Shown here piece by piece: positions 47,199 through 52,655 of a DNA stretch of 52,655 bases. This stretch comes from Alphaproteobacteria bacterium. GTDB lineage: Bacteria; Pseudomonadota; Alphaproteobacteria; MPNO01; UBA830. Position numbers and translations under genes: made by a program. Location: assembly GCA_038133505.1 (NCBI GenBank), contig JAYPTI010000003.1, positions 1-52,655 of the forward strand, in the 5' to 3' direction. The notes below the pieces were generated by a model. That model was not told where the DNA came from, did no database searches, and saw only the letters and a list, made by a program, of their open reading frames with translations. How positions within the stretch are numbered: position 1 is the first letter of the stretch; the number at the start of each line of letters is the position of its first letter.

Positions 47199-50165
47199 TC
47201 AGCTTTCGACCGGTCCCAGAAGCATTTCGTAATTCCGCGTAGCGTCCGCGGCGGCTTCCCGCATTGTTTGCTTCAGCGTTTCGAAGTCAACCGCCCCGCA
47301 GGCGCGCCGGATCACCGTCTTGAGGCCGAGGGAGGCGGTCTGCTCGTCGAAGCCTTCCTCCACCGTCAGCCGCAGGATGCCCTGCAGGTTGCGCCAGAGC
47401 CGCGCGGCGCGGATCAGCTCGTCCGCGGCGGCGGCGTCCAGCGCACCGCAGTCGGCCGCTTCGTCGAGGACCGCGATCGTGTCCCGCGCCAGGATTTCTG
47501 GATTGTCCGCGGCATGACGCAGCTGCAGGTACTGGGCGACGAACTCGATATCGACGAGGCCGCCGCGCAGGTGCTTGACCGACCATATGTCGTCGGTGCC
47601 GTGCTCCTTCCGCATGCGTTCGCGCATTTCGGCAACCTCGGCTCTTAGCTTATCCGGGTCGCGCCGCGTCGACAGGACCTCCCGGATGACGCGTTCGAAG
47701 CGTTCGCCGAGGTCGCCCTCCGCACACACGACGCGTGCCCGCGTCAGCGCCTGGTATTCCCAGGTCCACGCGTCTTCGCGCTGGTATTTCGAGAACGCTT
47801 CGAGCGACGAGGCGATCGGGCCGGCGTTGCCGGCGGGCCGGAGCCGCATGTCGACTTCGTACAGTTTTCCCTCGCCCGTCGGCGCCGTGATCGCGCCGAT
47901 GTAGCGTTGGCTGAGCCGCGCGTAGTACTGGCCCGGCGACAGCGGGCGAGGGCCGTCGGAGGCGTCGGCGTCCGCCGGCACGTCGTAGACGAACAACAGG
48001 TCGAGATCGGAGCCGACGGTCATCTCCCGGCTGCCCATCTTGCCGAACGCGACGACCGCCATGGTCGCGCCCGGGATGCGGCCGTGGGTTTCCGCGAAGT
48101 CGGCCTCCACAGCCGGCAGCAGCGCCGAGAGGCAGACGTCCGCAACATCGGTAAGCGGGCCCGAGGCGTCGACCGGCGATAGCCGGCCCCGCAGCATGTG
48201 CGCGCCGATCTGGAAGACGCGGTCGTTGGCCCAGCGCCGTTCGATATCGAGGATGTCCTGGAAATCGCGGGCCTGCGAAAGCACCTCGTCGAGATCGCGC
48301 CGCATGTCGTCGGCGGTCGGCAGGAAGTCGAAGAAGTCGGTACTGAGCACGCCATCCAGCAGGATCGGGTTGCGGCTGAGCCAGGTTGCTAGCCGCGGCG
48401 CGGCGCCCATGATCTCGGCGACGAGGTCGAACAGGCCGGGGTGCGCGGTAAACAGCGAAAAGAGCTGCACACCCGCGGGCAGGCCGCGGAGGAATTCGTC
48501 GAACCGCAGCAGAGCGGCATCGGGCGTCGGCGACGAGGAGAACGCCTCGAGGATCGACGGCACGAGCTCGGTCAGCAGTTCACGCGCCCGCGTGCTGCGC
48601 ATCGCGCGGTGACGCCCGGTATGCCAGGCGCGCACCATCGCCGAGACGCGGGCGGGCTCCGCATAACCCATCTCCGCGATCGTCTTCAGCGTGTCGGGGT
48701 CGTCGTCGCCGCCGGTGAAGACCAGATTGCCCGCGCCGGCAAGGTCGCCGTCGTCTTCGAAAAGGGCGGCATAGTGGCGCTCTACCGCCCGCATGTGATG
48801 CGTGAAGTCGGCCGAAAATGCCGCACCGCCGTCGTAACCGAGAAATATCCCGAGTTTATCGATGTCTTCCGGCGACTCCGGCACGACGTGGGTCTGCTGG
48901 TCGTTCACCATCTGCAGGCGATGTTCCAGCCGCCGGTGGAATTCGTATGCCGCATGCAGGTCGGCGGCCGCTTCGGGTTCGACATGACCCGCGGCAACGA
49001 GCCGGTCGATCGCCTCCAGCGTGCCGCGAACGCGCAGATCCGGATCGCGCCCGCCCCAGATGAGTTGCTGCGTCTGGGCGTAGAACTCTATCTCGCGGAT
49101 GCCGCCGCGGCCGAGCTTGACGTTGTGGCCGGCGACCGCCACCTCGCCGCCGCCGCGGTGCGCGTTGATCTGCCGCTTGATCGACTGGATGTCCTGGATC
49201 GCCGCAAAATCGAGATGCCGGCGCCACATGAACGGCCGCAGCACGTCGAGAAACGCGAGCCCGGCCTGGATGTCGCCGGCAACCGGCCGGGCCTTGACCA
49301 TCGCGGCGCGTTCCCAATTCTGGCCGGTGCTTTCGTAATAGGTCTCGGCGGCAAGCGCCGACATGGCCGGCGGAGTCGAGCCGGGGTCGGGACGCAGGCG
49401 GAGATCGGTGCGGAACACGTAGCCGTCGCGCGTCCGCTCGTCCATGAACCCCACGAGATTGCGGGCGAGGCGGGTGAACAGGTCTTGCATTCCCCTGTCG
49501 CCCGTATAGGGCACTGTCGTCTGGTCGTAGAGGATGATGAGGTCGATATCGCTCGAGTAGTTGAGTTCGCGGGCGCCGAGCTTGCCCATGCCGAGAATGA
49601 CAAGTCCTGAATCGAGGTGCGGCCGGTCGGGATCCGGGAGGGCGAGATCGCCCTTGTCGTGGGCGCCCCGCAACAGGTTGTCGCAAGCCGCCTGCAGCGC
49701 GTCGGCGGCGAAATCGGACAGCGTTCCCGTGATCCTGTCGAGCGGCCAGACGGAGGCGATATCCGCCATCGCGACGGTCAGCGCGATCCGGCGTTTCGCC
49801 ATCCGGAGCCGTTTCATGAGGTTGTCTTTCCCGCTCGTCGCCGGCGGGGAGTCACCTTCTCCGGGAATCATGTTACGCGCTGCGGAAAGGGCTTCGTCTG
49901 GCCCGCGTTCAAGCAGCAGCCGCGCGAAGCCCAGGTCGGATATCAGCGCCTGGCCGAGGAACGGGCTGTTGCCGAATGCGGCGGTAAGGAGTGCCCGCGA
50001 CGCTCCCGGTTCAATGGCCTCGCCGGCAAACGTTCGGAGGGCTTCGTCGTCGCAGCGGTCCGCTGCTTCTTGCCAACGCTGGAAATGAACGTCGGCAAGC
50101 GCGGCGTCGCCGGCCTGCGACGGCGGCGTCTCCGAATCGGTCCAGATTTCCGCGATATCGGGCAA
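47199..50165 (-). CDS. glnE: bifunctional glutamine synthetase adenylyltransferase/adenylyl-removing enzyme
   Basis: 988 aa with two nucleotidyltransferase modules (GMGKLGARELNYSSDIDL and FGKMGSREMTVGSDLDL). Confidence 0.96.
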   Translation of the reverse strand: MPDIAEIWTDSETPPSQAGDAALADVHFQRWQEAADRCDDEALRTFAGEAIEPGASRALLTAAFGNSPFLGQALISDLGFARLLLERGPDEALSAARNMIPGEGDSPPATSGKDNLMKRLRMAKRRIALTVAMADIASVWPLDRITGTLSDFAADALQAACDNLLRGAHDKGDLALPDPDRPHLDSGLVILGMGKLGARELNYSSDIDLIILYDQTTVPYTGDRGMQDLFTRLARNLVGFMDERTRDGYVFRTDLRLRPDPGSTPPAMSALAAETYYESTGQNWERAAMVKARPVAGDIQAGLAFLDVLRPFMWRRHLDFAAIQDIQSIKRQINAHRGGGEVAVAGHNVKLGRGGIREIEFYAQTQQLIWGGRDPDLRVRGTLEAIDRLVAAGHVEPEAAADLHAAYEFHRRLEHRLQMVNDQQTHVVPESPEDIDKLGIFLGYDGGAAFSADFTHHMRAVERHYAALFEDDGDLAGAGNLVFTGGDDDPDTLKTIAEMGYAEPARVSAMVRAWHTGRHRAMRSTRARELLTELVPSILEAFSSSPTPDAALLRFDEFLRGLPAGVQLFSLFTAHPGLFDLVAEIMGAAPRLATWLSRNPILLDGVLSTDFFDFLPTADDMRRDLDEVLSQARDFQDILDIERRWANDRVFQIGAHMLRGRLSPVDASGPLTDVADVCLSALLPAVEADFAETHGRIPGATMAVVAFGKMGSREMTVGSDLDLLFVYDVPADADASDGPRPLSPGQYYARLSQRYIGAITAPTGEGKLYEVDMRLRPAGNAGPIASSLEAFSKYQREDAWTWEYQALTRARVVCAEGDLGERFERVIREVLSTRRDPDKLRAEVAEMRERMRKEHGTDDIWSVKHLRGGLVDIEFVAQYLQLRHAADNPEILARDTIAVLDEAADCGALDAAAADELIRAARLWRNLQGILRLTVEEGFDEQTASLGLKTVIRRACGAVDFETLKQTMREAAADATRNYEMLLGPVES

Positions 50166-50262
50166 TTGAAACGTTTCAAATTGGGGTTATTTTCACCACA
50201 CTGCGTTTAGCGTCCGGGCACGTCAAGCTGCCGTGTTCCGCCCCGCGCCGATCGAACGGGAA

Positions 50263-52655
50263 ATGTTCAGAAGAACGTCCATCCTTTGCCTTGAAGCGAT
50301 CATCGGCATTCTTGCCCTTGTCGGAATTCTTCTTGTCGGCACCGCTTGGCGCATCTCTCAAGGGCCGGTTTCCCTCAAGTTCTTCCTTCCGTATGCGGAT
50401 CGCGTTCTGAACGACGAGGCGGGCCAGGTTCGCGTGCAGGTCGAGGACGTATTCCTGACCTGGGCGGGCTGGGAACGGGCGCTCGATCTCCGCGCCGAGG
50501 GACTCGACTTCCGCGCGCCCGACGGCGGACGCCTCGCACGCATCCGGGAGGTTTCCCTCAGCCTGAGCTTTAGAGCGCTTCTCGAGGGCGCGATCGCACC
50601 GACCAGTCTCGAGATCATCCGGCCGCGGATTCTGCTGGTGCGTGCGGAAGCGGGCGATATCCGGCTCGGCTTCGGCGCGCTTTCGGAACAGGGGACGGAA
50701 GCGTCGGACGCGCCGCAGGAAAATGCGCTTCGGCCGCTGATCGACAGCCTCTCCGGGCCGGCCCGCCCTGACAGCCCGTTCCGGTTTCTGAACCGGATTC
50801 GAGTCCTGGACGGTGCGGTCCGGGTAAACGACCGGAAAATGAACGTCACCTGGGGAGCGCGGCACGCCGACATATCGCTGACCCGCCGCCCTGACGGGCT
50901 TCTCGCGGTGGCGGATCTCGAACCTTCTTTGCCCGGCGAACCCCAGCTGAACGCATCCGTGCAGTTCCTGAAAGACCAGGGCAGGATCGAGGCGCGGCTG
51001 AATTTCTCCGGCATCAATCCGTCGCTCGTCGCCGGCAGCTTCCCCGAACTGGCTGCCGCGAAGGCCGCGAATGTGCCGTTGCGCGGTACGCTCACGGCGA
51101 CCGCGGATACCGAGGGAAACCTGCTCGCCGGAGCGTTCGGCCTGACCGCCGGGAAGGGCACTGTTGCGATCGAGGGAAGCGGCCTCAAACCGATCGCGAT
51201 TGGCGGCGCCGAATTTGCCGGAAATATTTCGCGCGCTCCCGACCAGATAACCCTCTCGTCGGGACGGGTGCGTCTCGCCGACGGCAGCGCGGCCCTTACC
51301 GCGACCCTGACCAGGGCAGGTCCGCTCGCCTCCGTGGTCGCGTCGCTGAATGTCGACAGCCTGAAGGTCGACAGTCTCGGCAAATACTGGCCGGAGAACG
51401 CCGTCGCCGACGGCAGGAACTGGGTCCTGGCCAACATCCGGGGCGGGGAAGTACGCAACGCGGTTGCCAATGTCACCGCCCATATCGACCTGGAAGGCGA
51501 GCGGGCGGGCGCCTTCGAGGTGGATTCTCTGGGCGGCAGGTTCTCGGTGGGCGGCGCGACGATACGCTATCTGGCGCCTCTACCGCCCATAACGGAGGCG
51601 GAGGCGACCGCAACGTTTAGCACGCGCCGCTTCGATTTCGCCGTCAGGTCCGGGCGGGTCGGTACCCTCGAGCTATCCGACGGGGCGGTCAATATCTGGG
51701 ATATAGGCGCTCCGAAGGAATGGCTGTCCGTCACGACGGTGATCCGGGGACCCGTCCGCGACGCCCTGGAACTGCTCGCGCATCCGAGGCTCGACCTTCT
51801 GTCGAACGTGGGGCTGACGCCGGAGGGGACGGCGGGCAGCCAGTCGACGCGCCTGAAGGTGACGCTGCCGCTTATCGACAAACTGGCCGGCGCCGACGTC
51901 GCGGTCGTTTCCACCTCCCGGATTGAAGGTTTGACCCTTCCGAACGTCGTGGCCGGGGAGGGGATCGACGACGGCACGGCGATGCTTACGGTCGACAATG
52001 CCGCATTGAAGGCCGAAGGGGCGGCGCAGTACCTCGGAACGCCCGTTCGCTTCATCTGGAACGAATATTTCGGACAAGCCCCCGAGGTTCGCCGGGAACT
52101 CTCTCTCGGTCTCGTGCTCGACGCGAAGCTTCGGAACAAGTTCGGGATCGAGTTTCCCGACATTCTGAACGGGCCCGTGCCGGCACGGATCGCCGTGCGC
52201 GATGGACTCGACGGCAATCGCTCGCTTGCGGCAAGCATGAACCTCGAGGGCGCATCCCTGACGATTCCGGGTTTCAACTGGATCAAGCCGGGCGGCGTGG
52301 CATCGACCGCCGAGGTGTCGGCTAGCTTTCGCGACGACAAGCTGGTGAAGCTCGATGCCGTGAAAATAGACTCGGAAGGTTTCTCCGCCGCAGGCTCGGC
52401 CGAATTCTCGCCGGACGGCGAGACGCTCGCTTCCCTACAGGTCGACCGTTTCCGACTTGGCGAGAACAGCTGTTCCCTAAAAGCGGCCCGGTCGCCGGCC
52501 GCCGGCTGGGAGATAGACGCCGGCGGAGACGCGTTCGACGCGCGCCCCTTCATCGCCAAGTTGACCGAAACCGGCGCCCCTCCGCCGCTGCCCGCCTTCC
52601 GGCTGGATGCCAGATTCGACAAGATCCGGATCAACGACGATCCACAGGCGACCAA
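50263..52655 (+). CDS. YhdP/AsmA-like (DUF3971-type) large envelope protein, 3' end beyond window
   Basis: Not in the ORF track because no stop falls within the window. The ATG at 50263 gives MFRRTSILCLEAIIGILALVGILLVGTAWRISQGPVSLKFFLPYADRVL... I spot-checked the 5' end (50263 to about 50680), 51481-51660 and the last 35 nt and found no stop. No other ORF is listed in this frame. GC3-rich. Confidence 0.8.
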   Translation, partial: MFRRTSILCLEAIIGILALVGILLVGTAWRISQGPVSLKFFLPYADRVLNDEAGQVRVQVEDVFLTWAGWERALDLRAEGLDFRAPDGGRLARIREVSLSLSFRALLEGAIAPTSLEIIRPRILLVRAEAGDIRLGFGALSEQGTEASDAPQENALRPLIDSLSGPARPDSPFRFLNRIRVLDGAVRVNDRKMNVTWGARHADISLTRRPDGLLAVADLEPSLPGEPQLNASVQFLKDQGRIEARLNFSGINPSLVAGSFPELAAAKAANVPLRGTLTATADTEGNLLAGAFGLTAGKGTVAIEGSGLKPIAIGGAEFAGNISRAPDQITLSSGRVRLADGSAALTATLTRAGPLASVVASLNVDSLKVDSLGKYWPENAVADGRNWVLANIRGGEVRNAVANVTAHIDLEGERAGAFEVDSLGGRFSVGGATIRYLAPLPPITEAEATATFSTRRFDFAVRSGRVGTLELSDGAVNIWDIGAPKEWLSVTTVIRGPVRDALELLAHPRLDLLSNVGLTPEGTAGSQSTRLKVTLPLIDKLAGADVAVVSTSRIEGLTLPNVVAGEGIDDGTAMLTVDNAALKAEGAAQYLGTPVRFIWNEYFGQAPEVRRELSLGLVLDAKLRNKFGIEFPDILNGPVPARIAVRDGLDGNRSLAASMNLEGASLTIPGFNWIKPGGVASTAEVSASFRDDKLVKLDAVKIDSEGFSAAGSAEFSPDGETLASLQVDRFRLGENSCSLKAARSPAAGWEIDAGGDAFDARPFIAKLTETGAPPPLPAFRLDARFDKIRINDDPQAT

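Noticed and set aside
9822-49610. Other long alternative-frame ORFs: 9822-11117(-), 11315-12631(-), 13175-14626(+), 19266-20831(+), 23786-25189(+), 27132-28619(-), 41276-42382(-), 42166-43557(-), 45102-46184(-), 45968-47242(+) and 48441-49610(+)
   Set aside because: Each overlaps a gene with clear family motifs on the other strand or frame. This is typical GC-rich shadow ORF behaviour.
50176-52655. Minus-strand ORFs 50176-51483 (435 aa), 50358-51476 (372 aa) and 51567-52655 (362 aa)
   Set aside because: They are shadows of the unlisted plus-strand YhdP/AsmA-like frame. The plus frame has a clean N-terminal TM anchor and family-like sequence, while the minus-strand products are Arg/Ser/Pro-rich.

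Overview
This is a high-GC (roughly 65%) chromosomal segment that looks alphaproteobacterial, with about 48 protein-coding genes. I found no rRNA, tRNA, CRISPR array, transposase, integrase or phage genes. The content is almost entirely core housekeeping in gene orders typical of Rhodospirillales/Rhizobiales-type genomes. The main blocks are: a small FMN-dehydrogenase/aldehyde-dehydrogenase/Gfo-Idh-MocA catabolic trio; galU-ugd-phosphomannomutase; clpS-clpA; NDUFA12-mlaD-methyltransferase-DUF2155; aat-accC-accB-aroQ; ornithine decarboxylase and maiA; dsbA plus a BepA-like M48 protease; rne / amiC-mrcA-prfB; and a glnE-led co-directional cluster. Two real features are missing from the supplied ORF track. 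First, prfB needs a canonical programmed +1 frameshift (AGGAGG cat CTT TGA C at 41241-41254). Second, a frame open from 50263 to the window end (more than 2.39 kb, no stop, so not listed) encodes a YhdP/AsmA-like giant envelope protein; the three long minus-strand ORFs listed there are its shadows. Many other long listed ORFs are antisense or out-of-frame shadows typical of GC-rich DNA. I do not see a convincing defence island, mobile element or clearly novel multi-gene system. The best candidates for undescribed biology are small modules of unknown function: a minimal one-Cys-pair DsbB-like protein divergent from a secreted DUF3179 CPLC protein; a VWA protein plus a membrane J-domain protein; a PAS_5-like gene plus a tail-anchored protein, flanked by a shared 11-mer; a structured leader upstream of ornithine decarboxylase; an unknown polytopic membrane protein plus a DUF455 diiron protein behind glnE-dlh-bcp; and two apparently catalytically degenerate enzyme homologues (GGT-like and S1C-like). 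All functional calls rest on motif recognition from memory, not on database searches.
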